Assembly: GCA_963740085.1 (NCBI GenBank)
Contig: CAVUCU010000001.1
Span: forward strand, 288,001-352,000
DNA: 64,000 nucleotides
Source of the DNA: Nitrospirota bacterium
GTDB taxonomy: Bacteria > Nitrospirota > UBA9217
Direction of reading: 5' to 3'
Position numbers and translations under genes: made by a program. Positions 1 through 9,873 of this stretch are shown here, piece after piece. A model generated the notes under the pieces. The model was not told where the DNA came from. It searched no databases and was given only the letters and a program-made list of their open reading frames with translations. Position 1 is the stretch's first letter. Every line of letters begins with the position of its first letter.

Positions 1-210
1 ACCAGTCTGAATGAAACATTAGATAACAAGCAGCAGGGCGATATTGTATTCATGCGCCCAGATAGCCTTCCCGAAAAAGGACTCCTGCGGGCTGTCTCCA
101 AGGCGCGTATGACCCAGCGCCTTCGTGTATTCGGCGGAGTAGTACGCAACGTTCTGCCACTGTCTTTGTATGAAAAAATACGAAACAGCATTTATAAATA
201 TATCTCGTAA
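1..210 (+). CDS. 3' end of a gene running in from the left edge (possibly FkbM-like methyltransferase C-terminus)
   Basis: Frame +1 is open from base 1 to TAA at 208-210 (TSLNETLDNKQQGDIVFMRPD...YEKIRNSIYKYIS). The product guess rests only on the QGDIVF motif. Confidence 0.4.
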   Translation, partial: TSLNETLDNKQQGDIVFMRPDSLPEKGLLRAVSKARMTQRLRVFGGVVRNVLPLSLYEKIRNSIYKYIS

Positions 211-464
211 AAGGAAAGGCTCATGCAACAAGACTTTTTCTGACACGCTTCAGATGCAGGAGTTCCTCTCCAAAGCTGAACCGCCGATTCTTAAACTGAA
301 GCCCATTGGCGCAAGTTACAGTGTAATTTTCAACATCAAGATGTTGACAGTTTCATAGAATAAGAACTGCACACTTGCTGGTGAAGGTGCGTTGTGTGTA
401 TTAATTGCAATAAGGCTCGCACGATATTGTACACCACAACTCCTGTCCTTTCCCCTTTTCTCCC

Positions 465-998
465 CTAACCTCCCCCTTTCTCCTTGCCTTGCTGCTCCTG
501 ATCCAATATCTCTTCCAATATCTCCGCCGCATCCCGGACGAACTTCGGACAGCGCTTCTTAAAATGCTTTTCCCTCTTTGCCGCCCTGAGGCCCTCGACC
601 GAACTTACATCACAGCCGAGCAATTCCCTGCACTCCGTGGTCCCGTTCCTCGCTTTGAATCGTGCCGCAAATTCCCGGGCAACTTCTTCGGTCCTGTCTT
701 TTGAGAACAAACTTCTGCCTTTCAGCCCGGCATGCTTCAGACCGATGACCATCAGCGCGCCGGTCACCGCTCCGCAGGTCTCTCCCATTCCCATTCCCGA
801 TCCGAAGGCCCTGGCAATCCTGAGCGCGGTCTCGCGGTCCAGGCCGAATTGCGAACCGTAGGCGGACAATATCGCCTGGGCGCAGTTGAATCCTTCCTTG
901 AAACATGCGGCAGTTTGCTCGATCTCCTCCGACTTTGCTCTTTCGGTATCTTGTTTTTTGGATAACACGTTTATTCCTTCTGCCTCTCCATGCGACAC
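465..998 (-). CDS. C-GCAxxG-C-C family putative redox protein
   Basis: FNCAQA, FGSGMG-ETCGAVTG, CRELLG and C-terminal CPKFV motifs. The true start may be the GTG at 969. Confidence 0.85.
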   Translation of the reverse strand: MSHGEAEGINVLSKKQDTERAKSEEIEQTAACFKEGFNCAQAILSAYGSQFGLDRETALRIARAFGSGMGMGETCGAVTGALMVIGLKHAGLKGRSLFSKDRTEEVAREFAARFKARNGTTECRELLGCDVSSVEGLRAAKREKHFKKRCPKFVRDAAEILEEILDQEQQGKEKGGG

Positions 999-1196
999 TT
1001 CCCCGGTTCTTTGATGAAACTCGCTTTCATAAGACTCTACTATACACTTTCAGTCCATTTTTTCAAGCCTCGACCTGCTCACTTCTCCTGCCCGCTTCAC
1101 TGCGACTCATTTTTTCCCCTTGATTTATTTCAATGCTTACATTAGATTATATCCCTGTTTACCAATCACTTCACGGGCTCGCAAGGAGGCGTTCCA

Positions 1197-2072
1197 ATGG
1201 CAGAGCAGGACTTTTCAAAAAAAGAAAAAAAATATTATACCGACGTCCCGCAAAAAAGCGAGGCATTTTTCCTGAAAGGATCGAACGGCTATGATTGGGG
1301 CATGCGGAACCGTCTGGCGCGCATCTTCAGTCCGAAATCGGGTAAAACCGTGATGCTGGCGTTCGATCACGGGTACTTCCAGGGGCCCACGACAGGGCTC
1401 GAACGGGTCGATGTCACGATCCGGCCACTCATCCCCTACGCAGACGCCTTGATGCTGACGCGCGGGGTCCTGCGCTCCATGATCGAGCCGTCCGTGACCA
1501 ATTCCATAGTCATGCGCGCGAGCGGCGGGCCGAGCGTTCTGAAAGAACTTTCGAACGAACAGATCGCCGTTGACATGGAGGACGCGCTGCGCATGAACGT
1601 ATCCGCTGTCGCGGTGCAGGTCTTCATCGGCGGAGAACACGAGACACAGTCCGTACACAACATGACCCGCCTCGTGGACAAAGGCATGCGCTACGGCATT
1701 CCCGTTCTCGGGGTCACTGCCGTGGGCAAGGAACTCGTGCGCGATATCCGGTATATCAGCCTCGCAACCCGGATCCTTGCGGAGCTGGGCGCGGCGATCG
1801 TCAAGACCTATCATGTCCCGGGATTCGAACAGGTCGCGGCCGCGTGTCCGGTTCCGATCGTTATCGCGGGAGGGAAAAAGCTTCCCGAACGCGAGGCGCT
1901 TCAGATGGCCAGGGATGCGATCAACCAGGGCGCCTCGGGAGTGGACATGGGCAGGAACATCTTCCAGTCCGATGCTCCGGTTGCCATGATCGGGGCGGTT
2001 CGCAAGGTCGTGCATGAAAACAGCAGCGTCAAGGAAGCGTATGAATATTACCAGGACATGAAGAATAAGTGA
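1197..2072 (+). CDS. lsrF: LsrF-like class I aldolase/thiolase (DhnA family)
   Basis: [29 protein letters not shown] (Schiff-base Lys), [19 protein letters not shown] upstream. Confidence 0.85.
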   Translation: MAEQDFSKKEKKYYTDVPQKSEAFFLKGSNGYDWGMRNRLARIFSPKSGKTVMLAFDHGYFQGPTTGLERVDVTIRPLIPYADALMLTRGVLRSMIEPSVTNSIVMRASGGPSVLKELSNEQIAVDMEDALRMNVSAVAVQVFIGGEHETQSVHNMTRLVDKGMRYGIPVLGVTAVGKELVRDIRYISLATRILAELGAAIVKTYHVPGFEQVAAACPVPIVIAGGKKLPEREALQMARDAINQGASGVDMGRNIFQSDAPVAMIGAVRKVVHENSSVKEAYEYYQDMKNK

Positions 2073-2108
2073 ATCACATGAGAGATATTCATATAGGGCA
2101 TAATAATT

Positions 2109-2194
2109 CCCCCTCACCTCGGTCCTCTCCCCGGTGGGAGAGGATGGGAATAAAGGTTCCTCTCCCCGTCGGGGAGAGGGTTAGGGTGAGGGGG
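2109..2194. repeat. REP-like double hairpin (CCCCCTCACC...CCTCTCCCC-N3-GGGGAGAGG...GGTGAGGGGG)
   Basis: Outer inverted repeat CCCCCTCACC/GGTGAGGGGG encloses two CCTCTCCCC/G(G)GGAGAGG hairpins. Confidence 0.85.
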
Positions 2195-2202
2195 ATCCTG
2201 AC

Positions 2203-3231
2203 ATGAAGGTCGGCGTCTATTACCGCAACAGCGACGTCCGGGTGGAAGAGCGTCCGGAGCCAAAGGCCGGAGACCGCGACATCGTGGTCAAGGTCATGGC
2301 CTCCGGCCTGTGCGGTTCCGATCTCATGGAGTGGTACCGCATCAAGCGCGCGCCGCTGGTGCTGGGTCACGAGCCGTCCGGCATTGTTGTTGAAACGGGA
2401 AAACTCGTCAAGACCGTCAAACCGGGAGACCGCGTCTTTGTCACCCACCATGTCCCCTGCAATACCTGCTACCACTGCCGCATTGGACACGAAACCGCCT
2501 GCACGACCTTCCAGAGCACAAATAATTTCGATCCGGGCGGTTTTTCCCAGCTCCTGCGCGTGACCGGCAAAAGCGTCGAGACCGGCACCTTCTTGCTTCC
2601 CGACTCCGTGAGCTTCGAACAGGCGACCTTTATCGAACCGCTCGGGACCGCGGTGCGGGCACTCCGGACCGCGGTGCTGAAACCTGCCCAGAGCGTGCTC
2701 GTCTTCGGCAGCGGCGTCGCGGGTCTGCTCATCATCAAACTGGCCCGTGCCATGGGAGCAGGAACCATCATCGCTACCGATGTGAGCCCTTATCGCCTTG
2801 GGAAGGCGCGCGAATACGGGGCCACGCACACGATCGCGGCAAATGAAGATGTCCCCGCATTTGTGAGGACGGTCAATGACAACAGGCTGGCCGACGTCGT
2901 CATCCTGTGTACCGGAGCGCTGCCGGCCGCCCGTACCGCGCTCAAGTCGGCCGAGCGCGGCGGCACCATCCTGTTCTTCGCAGTGCCGAAGCCGGGCGAG
3001 AGCGTAGAGGTGGATTTCAACTCCTTCTGGCGGGACGATATCACGATAAAAACCTGCTACGGGGCCGCCCCCATCGACAACAGTCAGGCCCTCGATCTCA
3101 TCAAGCACGGCACCATAACGGTGACGGACATGGTTACGCACCGGTTCGGCATCGACCGGATCGGCGAGGCCTTCATGACCGGCGCCATGCCCGACGGCTG
3201 TGTGAAGGTCATCATCGAGCCGAACCGATAA
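2203..3231 (+). CDS. Zn-dependent alcohol/polyol dehydrogenase (MDR family)
   Basis: GLCGSD, GHE, CxxCxxC-x7-C structural Zn site, GSGVAG Rossmann motif. Confidence 0.9.
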   Translation: MKVGVYYRNSDVRVEERPEPKAGDRDIVVKVMASGLCGSDLMEWYRIKRAPLVLGHEPSGIVVETGKLVKTVKPGDRVFVTHHVPCNTCYHCRIGHETACTTFQSTNNFDPGGFSQLLRVTGKSVETGTFLLPDSVSFEQATFIEPLGTAVRALRTAVLKPAQSVLVFGSGVAGLLIIKLARAMGAGTIIATDVSPYRLGKAREYGATHTIAANEDVPAFVRTVNDNRLADVVILCTGALPAARTALKSAERGGTILFFAVPKPGESVEVDFNSFWRDDITIKTCYGAAPIDNSQALDLIKHGTITVTDMVTHRFGIDRIGEAFMTGAMPDGCVKVIIEPNR

Positions 3232-3309
3232 GATACTTCACGAACAAGTATCCTCTATCCTTCATTTTAGGAAATCATGTTCTCACGAAAACCGAAAGAC
3301 AAACCAGTC

Positions 3310-3400
3310 ACCGCAAAGACATCAGGAGCGCAAAGAAAGTAGTTAAACCATAGGGCATTTACATACTGAAGCATATTCGCGTCCTTCGCGTCTTCGCGGT
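3310..3400. repeat. 8-9-nt-period inverted tandem repeat element (class A, empty)
   Basis: ACCGCAAAG-ACATCAGGA-GCGCAAAG ... TTCGCG-TCCTTCGCG-TCTTCGCGGT. Confidence 0.8.
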
Positions 3401-3488
3401 CAAAGATCTGGTTTTATTTTTATTGGTCTAAATCGTTGATCCGCTGATATTTGAAATGCTCCTTTATCTTTATTGATCCGAGGTCCTT

Positions 3489-4730
3489 GTGAAACAGCAT
3501 TCCGCAGGTACGTTTCGCCATGTATTCAGCCTGCCCGTCATCGTCGCCGCCCTTGGCTACTTCGTCGACATCTACGACCTGGTGCTCTTCAGCATCGTCC
3601 GTGTGCCGAGCCTGAAATCGCTCGGACTTTCCGGTCGTGACCTGATCGACAACGGCGTATTTCTTCTCAACATGCAGATGGCGGGCATGCTCATCGGGGG
3701 CATTCTCTGGGGCGTTCTGGGCGACCGCAAAGGCCGGCTCAAGATCATGTTCGGCTCGATCTTTCTGTATTCCATCGCGAACATCGCGAACGGGATGGTC
3801 GCGTCCCTTCCTGCCTACGCGGCCCTGCGCTTCATCGCCGGCATCGGGCTTGCGGGCGAGCTTGGGGCGGGGATCACCCTCGTGTCCGAGGTCCTGCACA
3901 CCAGCATCCGGGGGTACGGCACCATGCTCGTGGCCGCCGTGGGCGTATCGGGTGCGATCCTCGCGAACCTCATTGCCAATACCTATGACTGGCGGAACGC
4001 CTTCATCATCGGAGGTGTTCTCGGCCTCGTGCTGCTCATCACCCGGATCAGCGTGGCAGAGTCAGGCATGTTCCGGGCCATGAACAGAAAGGCCGGGGTC
4101 AGCAGAGGGAACCTGCTCGCCCTCTTCTCGGAACGGAAGCGTTTCCTCCGCTATCTCAACTCCATCCTGATCGGCGTCCCGATCTGGTTCGTCGTCGCGA
4201 TCCTGATCACCTTCTCGCCGGAGTTTGCCAGGGCCTTCGGAACGACCGGACCGGTCTCCGCCGGGAATGCGGTCATGTTCTGCTACCTGGGGCTGGTCTT
4301 CGGCGATCTTTCGAGCGGCCTGCTGAGCCAGGCCTTGAAGAGCAGGAAAAAGGTGGTATTCCTGTTCATGCTCCTGACCCTTGCCGCCATCGGCCTCTAT
4401 TTCCTGCAGGGAAGCAGGAGCCCGGAATTCTTTTACGGTGTGTGCCTCACGCTCGGATTTGCCAGCGGCTACTGGGCCATCTTCGTGACCATTGCCGCCG
4501 AGCAGTTCGGCACGAACCTGCGCGCTACGGTTGCCACGACCGTTCCCAATTTCGTGCGCGGGATGGTGGTCCCCATCACCCTTCTCTTCCAGTTGTTCCG
4601 CCGATACCTCGGCCTTGAGGGCGGCGCGCTTGCCGTCGGGGCCATCTGCTCGATTACGGCGTTCATCGCCCTCGCCTCACTGGAAGAGACGTTTCATAAG
4701 GATCTGGACTATTATGAGGAGTTCCCCTAA
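3489..4730 (+). CDS. MFS transporter
   Basis: About 12 hydrophobic segments, GYFVDIYD and GVLGDRKGR (motif A). Confidence 0.9.
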   Translation: MKQHSAGTFRHVFSLPVIVAALGYFVDIYDLVLFSIVRVPSLKSLGLSGRDLIDNGVFLLNMQMAGMLIGGILWGVLGDRKGRLKIMFGSIFLYSIANIANGMVASLPAYAALRFIAGIGLAGELGAGITLVSEVLHTSIRGYGTMLVAAVGVSGAILANLIANTYDWRNAFIIGGVLGLVLLITRISVAESGMFRAMNRKAGVSRGNLLALFSERKRFLRYLNSILIGVPIWFVVAILITFSPEFARAFGTTGPVSAGNAVMFCYLGLVFGDLSSGLLSQALKSRKKVVFLFMLLTLAAIGLYFLQGSRSPEFFYGVCLTLGFASGYWAIFVTIAAEQFGTNLRATVATTVPNFVRGMVVPITLLFQLFRRYLGLEGGALAVGAICSITAFIALASLEETFHKDLDYYEEFP

Positions 4731-4757
4731 TGCGCGGGACAAACCATAAAAATCTTC

Positions 4758-4873
4758 TCTCGCAGAGGCGCAGAGTACGCAGAGACAGCAATACTTAATA
4801 AAGCAACGCCTTGGTCTTTGTCTTAATGCAAAAAGATTAAGCCTTTCTCTGCGAGCTCTGCGTCTCTGCGAGA
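4758..4873. repeat. class A inverted tandem repeat element (empty), arms nearly identical to those flanking GxxExxY-1
   Basis: TCTCGCAGAG-GCGCAGAG-TACGCAGAG ... CTCTGCG-AGCTCTGCG-TCTCTGCGAGA. Confidence 0.9.
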
Positions 4874-4894
4874 AACAGCCTTTCTACATTTCTT

Positions 4895-4923
4895 TTGACT
4901 CTTTCTCCTATTCCCTTTATAAT
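4895..4923 (+). promoter_or_regulatory. sigma70-type promoter of gpsA
   Basis: TTGACT-N17-TATAAT ending 9 nt before the ATG, with no SD. Confidence 0.65.
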
Positions 4924-4932
4924 TCACGCACT

Positions 4933-5934
4933 ATGACTGAAAAGATCGGCGTCATCGGCGCAGGGGCATGGGGCACGGCACTTGCCATGCTGCTTGCCCA
5001 CAACGGGCATGACGTGACCCTTTGGATGTATGAAAAGGACCTCGCCGAGGAGACGGCGCGGACGAGAGAGAATCGCGTTTATCTCCCGGGGTTCATCCTG
5101 CCCGGCTCCATCCTGGTGACCTCATCTCTTGAAACCGCGGTCAGGAACAAACCGATCGTTCTTTCCGTCGTTCCCTCTCACACGGTCCGTGCAGTGGCAA
5201 ACCAGCTTGCTCCTTTTCTATCGAAGGACGCCATCATCATCAGCGCATCCAAGGGCATCGAGCTCGAGACGCTCATGCCGCTCTCCGAAGTGTTCAAGGA
5301 CATTCTCCCCAAACAGTTTCACGACCGGCTCTGCTTCCTTTCCGGGCCCAGCTTTGCCAAAGAGGTCGCCCGGCAGATGCCCACCGCTGTTGCCCTCGCT
5401 TCGTACGACCCGGCTGCGGGCAAAAAGGCGCAGGAGGCCTTCAGCAACCCCTACTTCCGCGTCTATACTAATCCCGATGTCCTCGGTGTGGAACTCGCGG
5501 GAGCGCTCAAAAATGTAGTAGCCATTGCGGCGGGAGTGATCGAAGGCATGGGCTTCGGATATAACACCATGGCCGCCCTGCTCACCCGCGGGCTCGCGGA
5601 GATGGCGCGGCTCGGCGTGGCCATGGGAGGAGAACTTCAAACCTTCTCCGGCCTTGCGGGCATGGGAGATCTCGTCCTTACCTGTACAGGAGGCTTGTCG
5701 AGGAACCGCGCCCTCGGGTCCCGGCTCGGCAAAGGTGAGAAGCTGGCTGACATCCTGACAGGAACAAAGACCGTTGCCGAAGGCGTCAAGACCGCCAGGG
5801 CCGCTCGCGACCTTGCGCAAAAATACGATATCGCGATGCCGATCGTCGAGGAGGTCTATCAACTCCTGTACGAAGGCAAAGACCCGAAGCTCGCCGTGAA
5901 GGACCTGATGAGCCGTGAGCTCCGGGGAGAATGA
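4933..5934 (+). CDS. gpsA: NAD(P)H-dependent glycerol-3-phosphate dehydrogenase
   Basis: GAGAWGTALA, SGPSFAKEV, GALKNV, GMGDLVLTC, SRN, AEGV. Confidence 0.95.
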   Translation: MTEKIGVIGAGAWGTALAMLLAHNGHDVTLWMYEKDLAEETARTRENRVYLPGFILPGSILVTSSLETAVRNKPIVLSVVPSHTVRAVANQLAPFLSKDAIIISASKGIELETLMPLSEVFKDILPKQFHDRLCFLSGPSFAKEVARQMPTAVALASYDPAAGKKAQEAFSNPYFRVYTNPDVLGVELAGALKNVVAIAAGVIEGMGFGYNTMAALLTRGLAEMARLGVAMGGELQTFSGLAGMGDLVLTCTGGLSRNRALGSRLGKGEKLADILTGTKTVAEGVKTARAARDLAQKYDIAMPIVEEVYQLLYEGKDPKLAVKDLMSRELRGE

Positions 5935-5974
5935 TTTATTTCTATGAAGTGACTGCCCGGTCAAAACCGGTCGT

Positions 5975-6062
5975 CCGCAGAGAACGCAAGGATCTCAGAG
6001 AAAAAACCGGATCTTGAACTTTTACCGTATAGGCTTTTGTGTTCCTTTCGCTCTTTGCGGTT
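5975..6062. repeat. class A inverted tandem repeat element (empty, degenerate)
   Basis: CCGCAGAG-AACGCAAGG-ATCTCAGAG ... TTTGTG-TTCCTTTCG-CTCTTTGCGG. Confidence 0.7.
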
Positions 6063-6116
6063 AATGCGTCTTTCCCGAGATCATCCTGAGTTGTAACGCG
6101 GTGAACACGATAAGCT

Positions 6117-6890
6117 ATGAAGACATCAGACATCTCTAAACTTCTCCAGGGAGTCCGATCGGGCAAGATCGATGTCGAGACCGCGCTCAACCGGCTCAGG
6201 CACCTGCCTTTTGAGGACGTGTCATACGCCCACATCGACCATCATCGTCATCTGCGCCACGGCATGCCCGAGGTCATCTACTGTGAAGGAAAGACCCTGG
6301 AGCAGGTTGTCGGAATCACCGGTCGGATGCTCAAAGCCGGGAGCGACATCCTCGCCACCCGCGCGTCTGAAACAGTTTATAAGGCAGTCAAGAAACTCGA
6401 TCGCCGCGCACTCTACCATAAAGCCTCACGCACAATCGTGATACAGGATAAGAAGAAGACCCTGACCGCGGGTATCGTGCTCGTACTGACCGCGGGGACC
6501 TCGGATATCCCTGTTGCCGAGGAAGCCGCGGTGACGGCGGGCATGCTCGGCAGCACCGTTCAGACCGTGTACGACGTGGGAGTGGCGGGGATCCACCGAA
6601 TCCTGAGCAAGCGGGAGATGCTCGACTCCGCCAGGGTGATCGTTGTCGTAGCAGGCATGGACGGCGCGCTCCCGTCTGTCGTGGGCGGGCTCGTGGACAA
6701 ACCTGTGATCGCTGTGCCTACGAGCGTCGGCTACGGTGCGGGTTTTCAGGGGCTTGCCCCGCTCCTCACCATGCTCAACTCCTGTGCCTCGGGCGTCGCG
6801 GTCATGAACATCGACAACGGCTTCGGCGCCGGCGTGCTGGCGCACAGGATAAACCTGTTGGGAGAAAAATCCTGCTGTAGTGCGTCATAA
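6117..6890 (+). CDS. larB: nickel-pincer cofactor biosynthesis protein LarB
   Basis: HRHLRHGMPEVIYCEGK, AGTSDIPVAEEA, DVGVAGIHR, PTSVGYG, NIDNGFGA. Confidence 0.93.
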   Translation: MKTSDISKLLQGVRSGKIDVETALNRLRHLPFEDVSYAHIDHHRHLRHGMPEVIYCEGKTLEQVVGITGRMLKAGSDILATRASETVYKAVKKLDRRALYHKASRTIVIQDKKKTLTAGIVLVLTAGTSDIPVAEEAAVTAGMLGSTVQTVYDVGVAGIHRILSKREMLDSARVIVVVAGMDGALPSVVGGLVDKPVIAVPTSVGYGAGFQGLAPLLTMLNSCASGVAVMNIDNGFGAGVLAHRINLLGEKSCCSAS

Positions 6891-6907
6891 ATCCCTATCC
6901 TTTGATC

Positions 6908-6957
6908 GTCATTCCGGGCTTACCCCGAATCCGGTCTTTTCGATCTGGATTCCTGCT
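6908..6957. repeat. truncated GTCATTCC...GAATCC / TGGATTCC palindromic element
   Basis: GTCATTCCGGGCTTACCCCGAATCC-GGTCTTTTCGATC-TGGATTCCTGCT resembles RPE/REP-type palindromes. The right half is truncated. Confidence 0.55.
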
Positions 6958-7015
6958 CCTGTTTTCTCCGTTGCTTTACGGTAGATTTCAGTTCTGTTCG
7001 ACAGGTAATTGTTCA

Positions 7016-8269
7016 ATGTCCCACAGGAAACAACATCGAAAAAGTTCGCATCACGCCGTTTTACCCGCGGGTTTGTCCCGCTTTATACCGGGCAATCAGG
7101 TCAGCCTGTTGCAGAACGGCGAGGCCTATTTCCCCGCGCTCGAAGCGGCGTTCGACCGTGCACGTCATGAAATATATCTTGAAACATATATTTACGAAAA
7201 TGACGCCACCGGACAGCGGATCGCGGACGCGCTGAAGCGGGCTGCCTTGCGCGGCGTACACGTCCATGTGCTGATCGACGGCTACGGTTCCAAGGACCTG
7301 CCGCGAAGCATGCTGGACCGTCTGCGGGCGGACGGGGTGAAGGCGCTCATCTACCGGCCCAAGATATCCCCCTGGACGTTTCGACGCAAGCGCCTGCGAA
7401 GGATGCACCGGAAGATCGCGGTCGTGGACCGGGAGATCGCCTTTGTCGGAGGGATCAATATTATTAATGACCGCGAAGCGACGGGCGACATGCCCCCTCG
7501 CTACGACTACGCGGTCGCCGTGGAAGGGCCTCTGGTGGACGTGATCCGTCTTCCCGTCCAGCGTCTGTGGTCAATGGTGGCGTGGAGCTATTTTCGCAAA
7601 GGGGCTGTCCGGGGCGCGCCACTGCCTGTTTCAGCCTCCGCCGGGGGGCGAATGAGCGCGGCATTCCTGGTGCGGGACAATTTTCACCATCGCCGGGACA
7701 TTGAAGCGGCGTATATGCGCGCGATCGAACAGGCAAAATCCGAGATCATTCTTGCCCATGCCTACTTTTTGCCGGGGCTTGATTTTCGTCATGCGCTTAT
7801 CAATGCGGCCGGGCGCGGCGTCCGGGTGGTTTTGCTGCTGCAGGGAAAGGTGGAATATTATCTCCAGTATTATGCATCGCGGGCCCTCTATGGCCATTTT
7901 CTCGATGCGGGAGTTGAGATTTACGAATACCGCAAGAGCTTCCTGCACGCCAAAGTCGCGGTGATCGACGGGCATTGGGCGACGGTGGGGTCTTCGAATC
8001 TCGATCCGTACAGCCTGCTGCTTTCACGCGAAGCGAATGTTGTCGTCGACGACGAAGAATTTGGCGCGACCCTGACGCAAAGCCTGAAACAGACCATGGA
8101 GATCGACGGCCGGCGGATCCTCAGGGACAGCTGGAAACGGCAGCCCTTTTTTTCCAGGTTCATGAGCTGGCTCAGTTATGGTCTGGTGCGCTTAATGATG
8201 GGAGTGACCGGGTATGCCCGTGAAGACATCCGGACCGGGAACGATCGAACGACTGCGCATGAGGACTGA
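7016..8269 (+). CDS. clsB: cardiolipin synthase, ClsB type
   Basis: Two HKD motifs (HRKIAVVD, HAKVAVID), no N-terminal TM, IDGYGS. Confidence 0.88.
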   Translation: MSHRKQHRKSSHHAVLPAGLSRFIPGNQVSLLQNGEAYFPALEAAFDRARHEIYLETYIYENDATGQRIADALKRAALRGVHVHVLIDGYGSKDLPRSMLDRLRADGVKALIYRPKISPWTFRRKRLRRMHRKIAVVDREIAFVGGINIINDREATGDMPPRYDYAVAVEGPLVDVIRLPVQRLWSMVAWSYFRKGAVRGAPLPVSASAGGRMSAAFLVRDNFHHRRDIEAAYMRAIEQAKSEIILAHAYFLPGLDFRHALINAAGRGVRVVLLLQGKVEYYLQYYASRALYGHFLDAGVEIYEYRKSFLHAKVAVIDGHWATVGSSNLDPYSLLLSREANVVVDDEEFGATLTQSLKQTMEIDGRRILRDSWKRQPFFSRFMSWLSYGLVRLMMGVTGYAREDIRTGNDRTTAHED

Positions 8270-8396
8270 CACACACTCCTTCGAGGATATCCTGCTATAA
8301 TTCAAAGAAGAACCTGGAGAGAAGAAATGACCGGTTCTTTCTCCGTGATCAGCCGACATCATATTACTATTTGTCTATGGAGCCTTCATCCCTGTA

Positions 8397-9254
8397 ATGA
8401 AGAAGCATCAAAACATACGTATGCTCCTCAGTCGGTTCATTGCTTTCCTGACCAGTGTACTGAGTGACTTCAGACGCAATCAGGGTCTCTTGCTGGCCGG
8501 CGCTCTCGCCTATTATACCCTGCTGTCAATTGTACCCCTGTCGATCCTCGCCCTGATTGTGCTGTCACATTTTATCGGGAAGGCCGAGTTATTTTACACC
8601 TTGTCGACCTATATAGAAATGATGATACCGGGCTATTCGGCTACCTTGAGTGATCAAGTTCGGGTATTTCTGGAACACAGCAGTACGGTCGGGGGTTTTG
8701 TATTTTTGATTATGCTTTTTTTCAGTTCCATAGCCTTTACCGTGCTCGAAAGCGCCATGTCGGTGATCTTTTTTCATCGTTTTCGAACGAAACAGCGTCG
8801 CCTGCTCCTCTCCGCCATTATTCCTTATGTGTATATCTTCTTGATCGGCCTTGGTATCCTGCTGGTGTCGTTTATTGCGGGCGCCATAGAGACCTATAGC
8901 GGCAGGCAGTTAATCATATTCGGATGGGGTTTCAGCCTTCAGGGCCCTTCCTTCGTTGCGCTGTATTTAATCGGGATACTCGGCGAGGTACTGCTGCTGA
9001 CGTCCTTCTATCTGGTCATGCCCGTGGCGCGTATCACATTCCGGTACGCTCTGATGGGAGGGACGATCGCGACGGTCTTATGGGAGATCACCCGCCGCGT
9101 ATTGGTCTGGTATTACTCAGTCCTCTCAACGGTAAATGTAATCTACGGTTCTTTTGCCACGTCAGTGGTGGCACTGCTCAGTTTAGAGGCGATTGCTGTT
9201 ATCGTCTTGCTGGGGGCCCAGTGCATTGCGGAACTAGAGCGCAGAAAGGCTTAG
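8397..9254 (+). CDS. YihY/BrkB family membrane protein
   Basis: LAGALAYYTLLSIVP, YGSFA, LLGAQ motifs, multi-TM. Typical cls neighbour. Confidence 0.85.
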   Translation: MKKHQNIRMLLSRFIAFLTSVLSDFRRNQGLLLAGALAYYTLLSIVPLSILALIVLSHFIGKAELFYTLSTYIEMMIPGYSATLSDQVRVFLEHSSTVGGFVFLIMLFFSSIAFTVLESAMSVIFFHRFRTKQRRLLLSAIIPYVYIFLIGLGILLVSFIAGAIETYSGRQLIIFGWGFSLQGPSFVALYLIGILGEVLLLTSFYLVMPVARITFRYALMGGTIATVLWEITRRVLVWYYSVLSTVNVIYGSFATSVVALLSLEAIAVIVLLGAQCIAELERRKA

Positions 9255-9359
9255 GATCTCCAGCTGCTATATCCCGGTCCCGGGCTCATGTGATATACTT
9301 GGTCCATAACACGACCGGCTTCTGATGAGGTCGAACATTCTTTCCAGGGAGGTTTTATC

Positions 9360-9713
9360 ATGAGATCCGCAGTGTATGTCCTGAAAACGTTGTTTTTCCT
9401 GAGTATAGCATTGACATCGGTATTAGCTGGTTTTTCGGTCTATGCCGCTGACCAGACAATTTGTCATCCTGGTGCGAATGTTTTACTTTATGACAACGGT
9501 TCGCTTAAAGGTTGCCAACTCAAAAATGATTACGAAGCGAATGGCATCAAATGTAAAAGCAATGGTCCTGCCAGTTTTTATAACAACGGCAACCTGGAAT
9601 CGTGTGTGCTCGCCACGCCGGTTACCCTGGACGCGAATAAATGCAAGGAAGATGGTCTGATTACTTTTTACATCGATGGCAAACTGAAATCATGCGTGAA
9701 ACCAAGTAACTGA
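9360..9713 (+). CDS. secreted hypothetical protein with three ~30-aa Cys-containing repeats
   Basis: Signal peptide, repeats C-x8-Y-x-[ND]-G-x-L-x2-C, SD GGGAGG. Confidence 0.7.
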   Translation: MRSAVYVLKTLFFLSIALTSVLAGFSVYAADQTICHPGANVLLYDNGSLKGCQLKNDYEANGIKCKSNGPASFYNNGNLESCVLATPVTLDANKCKEDGLITFYIDGKLKSCVKPSN

Positions 9714-9873
9714 AGAAGAGGATCGAGGGGAATGTTTTTCAGTGAAACATCCTGTCACAAGAATTTAATTTTCCCATCAACTTTTTTTAGCAGGAGTTGG
9801 GAGAAAAATATAACTCGCGCCATGCCACCTCAAGCGAAGCCTGGCGTTTCCGGCGCACGCTCAGCACCACATC

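Noticed and set aside
19-358. ORFs 19-246 (-) and 170-358 (+)
   Set aside because: Frame +1 from the window edge to 210 is a better explanation, and neither ORF has an SD or motifs.
1215-3141. Long antisense ORFs (1215-2117, 2089-3141; likewise 23341-24315, 28138-29301, 38822-39859, 46825-48258)
   Set aside because: They are shadows of well-supported genes on the opposite strand in GC-rich coding DNA and contain no recognisable motifs.
4758-4873. Class A elements as ordinary rho-independent terminators
   Set aside because: Loops are tens to hundreds of nt, there is no consistent U-tract, and many sit inside operons. A termination or stability side effect is not excluded.
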